From assembly GCA_041497675.1 (NCBI GenBank), contig JBGQGY010000067.1, positions 1 through 19,677 of the forward strand: 19,677 nt of DNA. Direction: 5' to 3'. The notes beneath the pieces were generated by a model. The model saw only the letters and a program-made list of their open reading frames with translations. It had not been told where the DNA came from and ran no database searches. Below are positions 10,683 to 19,419 of this stretch, in pieces (the first letter of the stretch is position 1; every line of letters begins with the position of its first letter). The position numbers and the translations under genes are program-made. The stretch is from a bacterium (lineage in GTDB: Bacteria; Sysuimicrobiota; Sysuimicrobiia; Sysuimicrobiales; Humicultoraceae).

Positions 10683-11603
10683 CTAGGTCTTCAGGCGCGG
10701 GTCGAGGGCGTCGCGCAGCCCGTCGCCCAGGAAATTGAAAGACAGCACGGTCAAGAAGATGAACAGTCCGGGAAACACTGCCAGCCACGACGCCTTCAGC
10801 AGGTACTCCTGAGCCCGCGTCAGCATGTTCCCCCAGGACGGCGTGGGCGGTTGAATGCCCAACCCGAGGAACGACAGCCCCGATTCGGCGAGGATCGCGT
10901 TGCCGACGGTCAGCGTGGCGGCGACGATCACCGGCGCCATCGCGTTAGGGATCAGGTGCCGCAGGATGATTCGGACCTCAGACGCCCCCATGGCGCGGCC
11001 GGCCTCGACGAAGTCGGCGCTTTTCAGTGAGAGGATCTGCGCGCGGACCAGTCGCGCCACAGTGGTCCAGCCGAAGACCGTAAAGATCAAGACGATCCGG
11101 CCCACGCCGCCACCCGGGATGAGCGCAGCCAGGATCAGGTACAGCGGCAGCACCGGCACCGAGATCAAGATGTCGACCAGGCGCATGAGCACGCTGTCGA
11201 CCCAGCCGCCGTAAAACCCGGCCGCCGCGCCGATCAACGCGCCTGAGATCGAGATCGCGAAGGCCGTCACATAGCCGACGACCAGCGAGATGCGGCCGGC
11301 GAACATGATTCGGGTCAGCACGTCGCGGCCCAGCTCATCGGTGCCAAAGGCGTTCATCAGCGTGGGCGCGACCCATCGCTCTTGCAGGTTGATCTTGTCA
11401 AAGGAGTGCGGTGCGATCCAGGGCGCCAGCACCGCCATCAACGTCAGCCCGATCGCCGCGGTCCCGCCGATCAACGCCAAGCGGTGCTTGAGGAACCGGC
11501 GCCAGGCAACCTGCAAATATGACTGGCCGATGGCAACGCCGGCCGCCGCCTTGCGCCGCCGCTCGAGCTCCAACGCGATCTGTTGCGGTGTGGCCTGCGC
11601 CAT
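10683..11603 (-). CDS. oppC: peptide ABC transporter permease (OppC/DppC type)
   Basis: WRRFLKHRLA, FGTDELGRD, EAA-loop FVEAGRAMGA, ESGLSFLGLG, WGNML, GDGLRDALDP. Confidence 0.94.
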   Translation of the reverse strand: MAQATPQQIALELERRRKAAAGVAIGQSYLQVAWRRFLKHRLALIGGTAAIGLTLMAVLAPWIAPHSFDKINLQERWVAPTLMNAFGTDELGRDVLTRIMFAGRISLVVGYVTAFAISISGALIGAAAGFYGGWVDSVLMRLVDILISVPVLPLYLILAALIPGGGVGRIVLIFTVFGWTTVARLVRAQILSLKSADFVEAGRAMGASEVRIILRHLIPNAMAPVIVAATLTVGNAILAESGLSFLGLGIQPPTPSWGNMLTRAQEYLLKASWLAVFPGLFIFLTVLSFNFLGDGLRDALDPRLKT

Positions 11604-11622
11604 CGGGGCCCCTCTCCGACGC

Positions 11623-12606
11623 TCACTCGTACCGGATCCGCGGGTCCACCATCGCGTAGGCGACGTCCGCGAGCAGATTGAACACGACGGTGGTCAAAGC
11701 CAGAAACAGCAGGACGGCCATCGCGACATTGTAGTCGTGACCCAGCACGGCCTGGAAGAGCGCCAACCCCATCCCCGGCCACGAGAACACCGTCTCGGTC
11801 AACACCGACCCGTTGAGCAGGCCCGGGACAGACAGGGCGACCAGCGTGATGATCGGGATCAGCGCATTCCGCATCGCGTGCTTGTTGATCACGACGCGTT
11901 CATCGTTGCCCTTCGCCCTGGCCGTGCGGACGTAGTCCTGGCGGATCACTTCGAGCATGCTGCTGCGCATGTAGCGCGCCCACGCCGCGGTGTTAAACGT
12001 CGCCAACACCACGACCGGGAGGATCAGGTGCCACAATCGATCCATCAGCGCGGGCCAGCCTGGTGCCACGCCGGGCGTGAGCATGCCCCCCGCCGGGAAC
12101 CACGGTATCCAGACGGCGAAGAGCAAAATAAAGACAATGCCCTGCCAGAACACCGGGACCGAGTGCCCGGCGAACGCCGCCACGGTAATGAAGTAGTCCA
12201 ACTTGGAATACTGGTGCAGCGCCGAATAGACGCCGGCCGATACTCCCACGATGAACGCCAGGACGAAAGCGCCGGAGAGGAGCCACAGGGTATTCTTCAG
12301 ACGCTCACTGATGATTTTCGTGACCGGCTGGCCGTACGTCCGCGAGTAGCCCAGACGCGTGCCTGTCGCGGGGTCGCCGAGGACCAGGATGCGCACCCAC
12401 TTGACGTACCGCACGTACAGCGGGTCATCCAGACCGTAGTACTTGCGGAGCATGGCCGTGTCTTCCGCCCGGATATCCGGGTTGCTGGCCGCCAGGAGTT
12501 CAACGGGATCGCCGGGGGTGAGGACCAACAGCGAAAACATCAAGACCGACAGACCAACGAGTATGAAGACCCCGTGTACGAGACGCCGGAACAGAAATCG
12601 CTGCAT
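11623..12606 (-). CDS. oppB: peptide ABC transporter permease (OppB/DppB type)
   Basis: Start ATG 12606 (GGAGGG RBS), MQRFLFRRL, PGDP, YGLDDP, DYVRTARAKG, HAMRNALIP, ETVFSWPGMG, DPRIRY. Confidence 0.94.
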   Translation of the reverse strand: MQRFLFRRLVHGVFILVGLSVLMFSLLVLTPGDPVELLAASNPDIRAEDTAMLRKYYGLDDPLYVRYVKWVRILVLGDPATGTRLGYSRTYGQPVTKIISERLKNTLWLLSGAFVLAFIVGVSAGVYSALHQYSKLDYFITVAAFAGHSVPVFWQGIVFILLFAVWIPWFPAGGMLTPGVAPGWPALMDRLWHLILPVVVLATFNTAAWARYMRSSMLEVIRQDYVRTARAKGNDERVVINKHAMRNALIPIITLVALSVPGLLNGSVLTETVFSWPGMGLALFQAVLGHDYNVAMAVLLFLALTTVVFNLLADVAYAMVDPRIRYE

Positions 12607-12623
12607 GGCCGCCCTCCGGTAGG

Positions 12624-12649
12624 GGGGGTGGGGTTCTACCCCCACCCCC
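12624..12649 (-). promoter_or_regulatory. stem-loop between SBP gene and oppB
   Basis: GGGGGTGGGG (12624-12633) and CCCCACCCCC (12640-12649) form a perfect 10-bp stem; no U tract. Confidence 0.55.
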
Positions 12650-12669
12650 TCCGCTTCGGTTCGACCGGG

Positions 12670-14319
12670 CTACTGCGTCCAGCCCCACTCCTGGGAGTTC
12701 CAGTTGATGTACGTGCCGGACAAACCCGCGGGCTTGACGTTTTGCAGCCGCTTGTTGGCGGTGTTCAGCTGGAGACGGAAGTACAGCGGAATCGCGGGCA
12801 GCTCCTCCGCCCAGATCTCCTGCTGCTTCTTCAGCAGGGCCACGCGCTTGGCGGAATCGATCTCCTGCAGGATCTCGTTGTTGAGCTTGTCGTTCTCGGC
12901 GTTCCGCCAGCCGGGATAGTTCGAGCCTTCCCAGCTGTTCTGCGCGGTCGGAATCTGGTCGGCGTTCCAGAACGCATGCGGCAACGTGAGCGGCGACATG
13001 ACCCACGCGTACATGACCATGTGCGGGAACTGCCGCTGGCGTGTCGTCTGCCCGAACAAGACGCCCGCCGGCCGGTTATCGATCCGAAGATCGATGCCCA
13101 CGGCCCGCATCGACTCTTTCATGATCTGCTGCACCTGCTCGCGAACAGCGTTGCCGGCGGTGGTCATGATGCTCATCTCGAACCGCTGGCCGCGGGCGTC
13201 CCGCATAATGCCGTCGGAGCCCATGGTAAAGCCGGCTTCCTGGAGCAGCGCGCGCGCGCGGGCCGGGTCGTAGTTGTACTTTCTGACGTTGGCGTTGTAG
13301 CCTTCATGGCGCTCGGGCAGCCAGGTATGGGCGACGGGCTGTTTGCCGTAGAAGAGTTTCTGGCTGAGCTCGTCGCGGTTGATGGAGTGCGCCAGCGCCT
13401 GGCGGACACGCTTGTCCTTCAGCCACTCGTTCTCGAGGTTCAGGTCGATGTGTTCCCAGATCAGTGCCGGTGTGTAGTAGGCATTCTGCTGCGGGTTGCG
13501 CTTTTCGATCTCGAGCATCTGCTCGATCGAGAAGTTGTTGATCTCGGTGGCGTCGACCTGGTTGGCGATGACGTTTGCCTGGAGCACCGTCGAGTCGAGA
13601 ATGAACCGCCAGGTCTGTCGCTTGATCTTGGCCGGCCCGCCTGGGAACTTGTCGTACGCCTCAAGCGTGATGTGGCTCCCCGCAACCCACTCGGCAAACT
13701 TGTACGGGCCGTTGCCGATCGGGGCGCGGGCCTGCTTGTGCGCCTTTAGGGTGGACGGGTCGCGCAGGTACTCCTTCTCCATCACATGTTTCGGGTAGAC
13801 GGCATGCCCGGTGTTCGCGAATGGATACCGCTCGTTCCACTGAACAACAAGCGTCGAGGCGTCCTTGGCGGTCATGTTGTCGATCTTGCGCAAGATCGTC
13901 CGGGACAGGGTCGGGCTACGCGGGTTACGCAGCATCAGGTACGTCCACGAGGCGTCCTGGGCGGTGTAGGGTTGCCCGTCGTGCCACGTGTAGCCCCGCT
14001 TGAGCTTGTAGGTGACGCGCATCTTCCCACCGGGGAGCAACTCCCAGTCGCCGTCTTTCAGAGTCGGGATCTTCTCGACGGTCGCGGGGAAGAGCTGCCA
14101 CTTGTCGTTGTAGTTGACCATCCCGAGAAGAATCGAGTTGACTTCGATGGCGGCGCCCGCGGCCATCTGGCAGAATTGACCGATCAAACAGTCGGGCTCC
14201 TGCGCCATGCCGATGACGACCGTGTCGCGGCTCTGCTGTGCCTGCGCCGCCGGCAGGGTTCCAAGCGCCAGCAGGGCCAGCACGACCATGCTGAGCACAG
14301 GACCGATGCGGTGCTTCAT
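12670..14319 (-). CDS. peptide ABC transporter substrate-binding protein (SBP family 5), paralog of 8977..10650
   Basis: AAGGAGG RBS, Sec signal ending AQA; TWHDG, GNGPYK, DKRVRQAL, YDPARARALL; shares blocks such as VVIGMAQEPD, PTLKDGDW, RFILDSTVLQANVI and RQFPHM with the other SBP. Confidence 0.96.
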   Translation of the reverse strand: MKHRIGPVLSMVVLALLALGTLPAAQAQQSRDTVVIGMAQEPDCLIGQFCQMAAGAAIEVNSILLGMVNYNDKWQLFPATVEKIPTLKDGDWELLPGGKMRVTYKLKRGYTWHDGQPYTAQDASWTYLMLRNPRSPTLSRTILRKIDNMTAKDASTLVVQWNERYPFANTGHAVYPKHVMEKEYLRDPSTLKAHKQARAPIGNGPYKFAEWVAGSHITLEAYDKFPGGPAKIKRQTWRFILDSTVLQANVIANQVDATEINNFSIEQMLEIEKRNPQQNAYYTPALIWEHIDLNLENEWLKDKRVRQALAHSINRDELSQKLFYGKQPVAHTWLPERHEGYNANVRKYNYDPARARALLQEAGFTMGSDGIMRDARGQRFEMSIMTTAGNAVREQVQQIMKESMRAVGIDLRIDNRPAGVLFGQTTRQRQFPHMVMYAWVMSPLTLPHAFWNADQIPTAQNSWEGSNYPGWRNAENDKLNNEILQEIDSAKRVALLKKQQEIWAEELPAIPLYFRLQLNTANKRLQNVKPAGLSGTYINWNSQEWGWTQ

Positions 14320-14353
14320 ACTCTTGGCCTCCTTCGTACGTCAGAGTTGTCGT

Positions 14354-14734
14354 TCAGTTCAGACTTCGCATGACAATCGCCAGGGGATCACCACTCAGGA
14401 ACACCGGATCGCGGTCCTGCGCGCGCTCCCGCCGTGAAGGCCCGACGTAGATGTCGTCCGCCCTCTTGCCATCCCGCACCCAAACGGACCGGATCCTCGT
14501 CTCCGGCGCCCGCCGACCGCTCGGTGTGGCCGGAGCCTTCCGTTCCTCGAGGAAGCGGTCAACATCGGCCTTCAGGATGCGATAGAGTTTGCCGAGCTTT
14601 GCCGCGGGAATCTTCCCCTCGCGCACGTACCGGTACACCGTCAGGCGGTTCATCTGAAGATACGCCGCCACCTGGTCGACGGTCATGACTGGGCCGGCCC
14701 GCCTCACGTCCGCTGCCCTAGGCTTTCTAGCCAT
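14354..14734 (-). CDS. excisionase-family (HTH_17, MerR-like winged HTH) DNA-binding protein, probable regulator
   Basis: VMTVDQVAAYLQMNRLTVYRYVREGKIPAAKLGKLYRILKADVDRFL matches the Xis/HTH_17 pattern; ~55-aa unrecognised C-terminal tail; AGGGGGG RBS. Confidence 0.88.
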   Translation of the reverse strand: MARKPRAADVRRAGPVMTVDQVAAYLQMNRLTVYRYVREGKIPAAKLGKLYRILKADVDRFLEERKAPATPSGRRAPETRIRSVWVRDGKRADDIYVGPSRRERAQDRDPVFLSGDPLAIVMRSLN

Positions 14735-14750
14735 TGCGGACCCCCCTATA

Positions 14751-14780
14751 CAAGAGCATCCAATAACATACTAGAATATA
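14751..14780 (-). promoter_or_regulatory. AT-rich promoter region with three tandem 10-bp direct repeats
   Basis: CAAGAGCATC / CAATAACATA / CTAGAATATA at an exact 10-bp period, just upstream of the HTH_17 gene; includes -10-like TATATT and TAGTAT on the minus strand. Confidence 0.55.
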
Positions 14781-14834
14781 CCCAATTCCACGATTCCGTC
14801 GCCGGTTCCGAAACTCCTTCTTGGCGTCCGCTAA

Positions 14835-15923
14835 CTATTTCGACCCCCGGAGTCTGGGGTCCAGGATGTCCCTGAAGGCGTCACCAAGCAGGTTCCAGCC
14901 CAGCACGAATAGGAAGATCGCGGCGCCGGGAAAAGCCAGCACGTACCAGTAGGCAAACGGCCGACCGGGCGCACCGAGAATCCAGTTTCGGGACAGGTTG
15001 ATCAGCATCCCCCAGTCGGCGTAGCCGACCTCCGCCCCCAACCCCAGGAAGGACAGCGCCGCGGCGGTGATGACAATCAGCCCCATGTCGAGCGAGCTCA
15101 GCACCATGAAAGGGTAGATGGCGTTCGGGATCACGTGGCGGAGGATAATGCGCGCGTCACCGGCACCGCACGCCCGCGCCGCCTCGACGAAATCCCGGCC
15201 GCGGACCGTCAGGATGTCCCCGCGCAGCAAGCGAGCGTAGATCGGCCAGTGGACCACGGCGATAGCGACCATGACGTTGTCCAGGCTACGCCCCAGCACT
15301 GCTACGACGGTCACGGCCAGCACGAGCCCCGGGAACGCCAGGAAGACATCGGTAATGCGCATCATGGTTTCATCGAGCCAGCCGCCATAGTACCCGGACA
15401 GGCCGCCAAACACGAGGCCGATGACCACGGCGATGACGATCACGACGATCGAGACTCGGAAGGCGGTCCGCGCCCCCCAGACGATCCCGTAGTAGATGTC
15501 GTATTGCCCTTCAGTGGTCCCAAAGATGTGCCGGCCCCGCGGCGGCTGAGGGTCGCTGCCGAATCCCTCTTGGGGGATCAGATATACGTTGCGCGAGGTG
15601 GCCGGCGGGGGCGCCAGAATCGGCGCCAGAACGGCCAGCGACACAAATGCCACGATCAGCGAGAACCCGACGACCGAGAGAATGTTCTTGCGGAGCCGCT
15701 TGGTGACGTCGGATGGGATCGTCCAGAACGCGAAGACCGCGACCGCCACGAAGAGAAACTCGGCCGCGGCCAGGGGAAAGCGGGCGACGCGGTCGCGAAC
15801 CCCTGGGACGACGACGGCCGCGAGCACGATGGCGACGCCGAAGACCGCGATGCCGCCGAGGCGTCCGCGGTAGGCGGGCGGCGCCGCTTCCTCCCGGGCG
15901 ATGCTCAACGTGTGCATCGTCAC
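14835..15923 (-). CDS. peptide ABC transporter permease (OppC/DppC type) with N-terminal hydrophobic extension
   Basis: HIFGTTEGQYD, FVEAARACGA, RHVIPN, LSFLGLG, DWG, GDAFRDILDP; GTG start overlaps the upstream TGA (alternative ATG at 15917). Confidence 0.93.
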   Translation of the reverse strand: MTMHTLSIAREEAAPPAYRGRLGGIAVFGVAIVLAAVVVPGVRDRVARFPLAAAEFLFVAVAVFAFWTIPSDVTKRLRKNILSVVGFSLIVAFVSLAVLAPILAPPPATSRNVYLIPQEGFGSDPQPPRGRHIFGTTEGQYDIYYGIVWGARTAFRVSIVVIVIAVVIGLVFGGLSGYYGGWLDETMMRITDVFLAFPGLVLAVTVVAVLGRSLDNVMVAIAVVHWPIYARLLRGDILTVRGRDFVEAARACGAGDARIILRHVIPNAIYPFMVLSSLDMGLIVITAAALSFLGLGAEVGYADWGMLINLSRNWILGAPGRPFAYWYVLAFPGAAIFLFVLGWNLLGDAFRDILDPRLRGSK

Positions 15924-16945
15924 TGCAGCCTGATCCGCGGGTCAAAGTACGCGTACAGGATGTCCGCCGCGAGGTTCCCGAGGACGGTCAGCGCCGCGAC
16001 GAACAGGGTAAACCCGGTCACGCCCGGGATATCCAGCTGCTGCGCGGCGAAGGCCCCCCACCGGCCGATCCCGGGGAAATTGAAGATCGTCTCGGTGATC
16101 ACAACGCCGCCGAGCAGACCGACGACGGTCAGGCTCGAGAGCGTGATGACCGGGATCAACGCGTTCTTGCGCGCGTGCTTCGTGTTGACCACGGTCTCCT
16201 CCAGCCCCTTGGCCCGGGCGGTCCGCACGTAGTCTTGGCTCAAAGCCTCCAGCATGGACGAGCGGGTCACGCGCACCAGCAGGGCGATCTGGATCATGAT
16301 CAGCGTCAGGGCGGGCCCGACCAGGTGGCGCGCGGCATCGACGAAGACCCAGAGTTGCCCATTGAGCAGGGCGTCGAGCGTCATGAAACCCGTGTAGGCG
16401 TGAAATTGACCGGACCGCACGAAGAGATCGGCGTCCAGGGACAACCGCCCCGGCGGAAACCAGTTCAACCGGCCGTAGAAGATCATCAAGAGCAGCAGCC
16501 CCCACACGAAGCTCGGCATCGAACGGAATGAGATCGAGAGCACCCGCGACAGATGGTCGATCGCGCGGTCGCGGTGCACCGCCGCCGCGGTCCCCAGCCA
16601 GACCCCGATAACCATCGTCGGGATGAACGCGTAGAACGTGAGCTCCAGCGTTGGCGGGAAAAAGGCGGCGATGGCTTCAGCCACGGGGAGCCGGGCCGTC
16701 TGCGACCAGCCAAGGTTGCCGTGGAAGAGCTCGCGGAGCCAGTGCAGGTACTGCACGTGGACGGGTTGGTCGAGCCCGTACTTCCTGATGATGGCGTCGA
16801 TGGCCTTAAGCTGGTTGGGGTTGGTGATGAACGCCCCGGCGCGGATCGCCGGATCGAGAAACTGCAGGAGGGCAAAAATCAGGATCGTGACGCCGAAAGC
16901 GACCAGCGGCAGCAACACCAACCGGCGCGCAATGTAACTGGCCAT
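15920..16945 (-). CDS. peptide ABC transporter permease (OppB/DppB type)
   Basis: Start ATG 16945 MASYIARRL; YGLDQP, GNLGWS, DYVRTARAKGL, HARKNALIP, ETIFNFPGIG, DPRIRL. The ORF-track extension to 17296 overlaps the SBP gene. Confidence 0.94.
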   Translation of the reverse strand: MASYIARRLVLLPLVAFGVTILIFALLQFLDPAIRAGAFITNPNQLKAIDAIIRKYGLDQPVHVQYLHWLRELFHGNLGWSQTARLPVAEAIAAFFPPTLELTFYAFIPTMVIGVWLGTAAAVHRDRAIDHLSRVLSISFRSMPSFVWGLLLLMIFYGRLNWFPPGRLSLDADLFVRSGQFHAYTGFMTLDALLNGQLWVFVDAARHLVGPALTLIMIQIALLVRVTRSSMLEALSQDYVRTARAKGLEETVVNTKHARKNALIPVITLSSLTVVGLLGGVVITETIFNFPGIGRWGAFAAQQLDIPGVTGFTLFVAALTVLGNLAADILYAYFDPRIRLQ

Positions 16946-16965
16946 CGTCCAACCCGCCTGGGCGT

Positions 16966-16994
16966 GGGCGGCCCGGGCGTAACCCGGGCCGCCC
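16966..16994 (-). promoter_or_regulatory. perfect GC stem-loop between SBP gene and permease B
   Basis: GGGCGGCCCGGG-N5-CCCGGGCCGCCC, a 12-bp perfect stem; no U tract. Confidence 0.6.
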
Positions 16995-17009
16995 CGTCTC
17001 AGACCCTTC

Positions 17010-18767
17010 CTACTGCTTCGACATCGGGTAGACGTAGTCACCGAAGAACGCGGGGTTGTAGTACCACCCGCGCACCCAGGTCCGCAGCACTTCGAAGCCC
17101 GTGCGGTCCAGGTAGAGCGTGAACACGTCGTTGTACGCGATCTCCTGCAGCCGGTTGTAGATGGCGCGCCGCTTGGCGGGATCGGTCTCGGCACGCGCCT
17201 GCGTGATGAGTTTGTCCGCCTCGGGGTTGTTGTACCCCTGGGCCTTGGAGTAGGTGCCCGTGCTGTGCAGGAACGGAGTGACGAAGTTGTCGGCATCCGG
17301 GAAGTCCGCCGCCCAGCCGATGATCCACATGGGCAGCTTGCCCGCGCGGTAGTTCTGCAGCAACTGCGGGAAGGTGATGCTGCGGACGTCGACCCGGAAC
17401 TTGGGATTCAGGGCCTCGACGCCGACTTTCAGCACCTGCGCCATGCACTGCCGGGTCGAGTTGCCGGTATTGAACAGGATGGTGAACCGGAAGCCGGTGT
17501 TCCACACCTGCCCCCCGCGCGCTTCGCGGAACGCCGCCGCCGCTTTGGCCGGATCGTACGCGTACCACTTCTGGGCTGCGTTGTAGCCAAACAGGCCTTT
17601 GGGAATGGGGCCGTGACCGACGAAGGCCTTGCCCCGCCAGCAATCGCGGATGGCGGTATCATAGTCGACCGACTGGGCCATCCCGCGGCGGACGTTGACG
17701 TCGGCGAAGAAGTCACCGGGGATGCCGTTGCCGTCGAGGCGCCCGCTGCCGACGTCGGGGTTGCCGCCGGTGGTATCGATCTTGAGGTTCATGTAGTAGT
17801 TGGCGTTGATCAGCTGGAACAGGTCATCGATCAGGCGCACCCCCGACAGGCCTTCCACCTGGCTCTGCTCGGGCCGGTTCACCGAGATGATGTCGGCGTC
17901 GCCCTGCTGCAGCATCAGCCGGCGGGCGCCGAAGTCTTCGACCACGCGATAGATGACGCGCTTCAGCCCCGCCGGCTTGCGCCAATAGGCGTCGTTGCGC
18001 TCGAGGATCACCTGGCGGGTCTGCCGGTCCCACTGGATCAGCTTGAACGGACCGGTACCGTTCGCCTTGCTGAACAACGTGGTGTTCTCGGGTTTCTGAG
18101 GGTTGTTCAGCTTGCTCAAGTCGCCGGCCGTGCCATTCCAGTCGCCGTTCTTGACCGCCCACGGCTTGCTCACGACCATCGACCACATGGCCATGATCGA
18201 CATGAAGGGCGCGAACGGCTCCTTGAGGGTGATGGTGACCGTGGTGCCTTTCACCTGGATGGCCCGATCGGCCTCGGCGAACAGCGCCGTCTTGAGCTGC
18301 CCCTTCTCGCGGGTCTCTTCGGTCCCCACGAGGGGCGCCAGCAGCAGCCAGGACGGCCCGCCGTCGCGATCCATGAACATGAATCGAAGCAGCGAGTACT
18401 TGACGTCCTCCGCCGTCATCGGCGTCCCGTCATGAAACTTGACGCCGTCACGAACCTTGAAGGTGTAGACCTTGTTGTCCCTCGAGATGCCGCCGTTGGC
18501 CTGGCTCGGCACCTCGGCGGCGAGCATCGGCACGAACGTGCCGGTGGACGAGCCGTTGAAGAAGATCAGCGTCTCGTAGATGTGCCAGAGGTAGATTTCC
18601 GAACTGGCGGTGTCGTACCCGTACGCCGGGTCGAGCGTCTCCGGATCCGAAAAGCGCGCGATCGTCATCGTGTCCGGGTTCTTGACCGCCTGCGCGTAGG
18701 CGCTACCGTCGATACTGGCGAGTGAGGCTATCAGCGCCAGGACCAGCAGGATTCGCATCATTTTCAT
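17010..18767 (-). CDS. peptide ABC transporter substrate-binding protein (SBP family 5, DppA-like)
   Basis: Start ATG 18767 (AAGGAGG upstream; nearby alternative ATGs), signal peptide ending AYA; PETLDPA, YETL, KFHDGTPMTAEDV, GTGPFKL, GWAADFPD. Confidence 0.95.
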   Translation of the reverse strand: MKMMRILLVLALIASLASIDGSAYAQAVKNPDTMTIARFSDPETLDPAYGYDTASSEIYLWHIYETLIFFNGSSTGTFVPMLAAEVPSQANGGISRDNKVYTFKVRDGVKFHDGTPMTAEDVKYSLLRFMFMDRDGGPSWLLLAPLVGTEETREKGQLKTALFAEADRAIQVKGTTVTITLKEPFAPFMSIMAMWSMVVSKPWAVKNGDWNGTAGDLSKLNNPQKPENTTLFSKANGTGPFKLIQWDRQTRQVILERNDAYWRKPAGLKRVIYRVVEDFGARRLMLQQGDADIISVNRPEQSQVEGLSGVRLIDDLFQLINANYYMNLKIDTTGGNPDVGSGRLDGNGIPGDFFADVNVRRGMAQSVDYDTAIRDCWRGKAFVGHGPIPKGLFGYNAAQKWYAYDPAKAAAAFREARGGQVWNTGFRFTILFNTGNSTRQCMAQVLKVGVEALNPKFRVDVRSITFPQLLQNYRAGKLPMWIIGWAADFPDADNFVTPFLHSTGTYSKAQGYNNPEADKLITQARAETDPAKRRAIYNRLQEIAYNDVFTLYLDRTGFEVLRTWVRGWYYNPAFFGDYVYPMSKQ

Positions 18768-18895
18768 GTTGCCCTGGCCTCCTTCTTCACGATGGTGCGC
18801 AATGTCGAGCACCTACGACCACGACTGCCGAGCCGGTCCGTCCGTGTCGGTCTACCACCTCCCCATGCCCGTGGGGCCGATCGGCCTCGCGGTCA

Positions 18896-19405
18896 CTACT
18901 GGCCGGCCAGCCGGCCGCTGTACTCCACCTTCATCTGCGCAAATGCCTGGCCTTGCTTGGCGGTCACGGTGGCGAGCAGGTCGCGGCCCGCGTAGAGCAG
19001 CACCCTCACGGACTCGACCGCGGTGTTCTGGTACAGCGCGAGCTGCGCCCCGAGCCGTCCCTCGGTGGCCAGGTACTCCTGGTTCTCTTTGAGGGGCTTT
19101 GCCGCGTCGTAGTACTTGGACGTGGCCTCCACCTTGGCCGAGCGCGTGGCCGCATCGTAGGACACGCGCCGGACGCTGTCGGTCCCGGAAATGCTCCTGA
19201 TTGCGCCCCCAACCCGCACGGCCGGGTCGAGCGGCGCGCTGAGGTTGCCCGCCATCTGGTTGCGGGCGACCCAGACGCGATCGAAGGCGACCAGCCCCCC
19301 GAGGACCAGCAGCACGCCAAGACCGACCGCGATGAACCCCCGCACGGTTCCGCGCGTACTCGTCGGCCGCCCGCGACGCCGTGACGATTGCGAACTGCTC
19401 GGCAT
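18896..19405 (-). CDS. hypothetical membrane-anchored protein (~169 aa)
   Basis: ATG 19405 follows the upstream permease stop with a G-rich RBS-like sequence; basic N-terminus, one TM segment (GFIAVGLGVLLVLGGLVAF), soluble C-terminal domain, triple stop TAG TAG TGA. Confidence 0.75.
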   Translation of the reverse strand: MPSSSQSSRRRGRPTSTRGTVRGFIAVGLGVLLVLGGLVAFDRVWVARNQMAGNLSAPLDPAVRVGGAIRSISGTDSVRRVSYDAATRSAKVEATSKYYDAAKPLKENQEYLATEGRLGAQLALYQNTAVESVRVLLYAGRDLLATVTAKQGQAFAQMKVEYSGRLAGQ

Positions 19406-19419
19406 ACGTCGTCCCACCC

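Noticed and set aside
11290..13749. 819-aa plus-strand ORF and other long plus-strand ORFs (9274..10617, 17265..18725, 6915..7883, 15135..16232)
   Set aside because: Antisense shadows of clear minus-strand genes, expected at high GC; no recognisable motifs.
8920..14790. Integrative element bounded by the Xis-like gene and the 37-bp repeat
   Set aside because: No integrase or transposase; the repeat copies are only 20 nt apart and do not flank the segment. The TATAGGGG (8956-8963) / CCCCTATA (14743-14750) inverted match is only 8 bp.
18768..18895. Possible riboswitch in the leader of the DppA-like SBP gene
   Set aside because: Only short hairpins or palindromes (GGCCGATCGGCC; GGTGC-N10-GCACC); no riboswitch consensus recognised. 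An Rfam scan would settle it.
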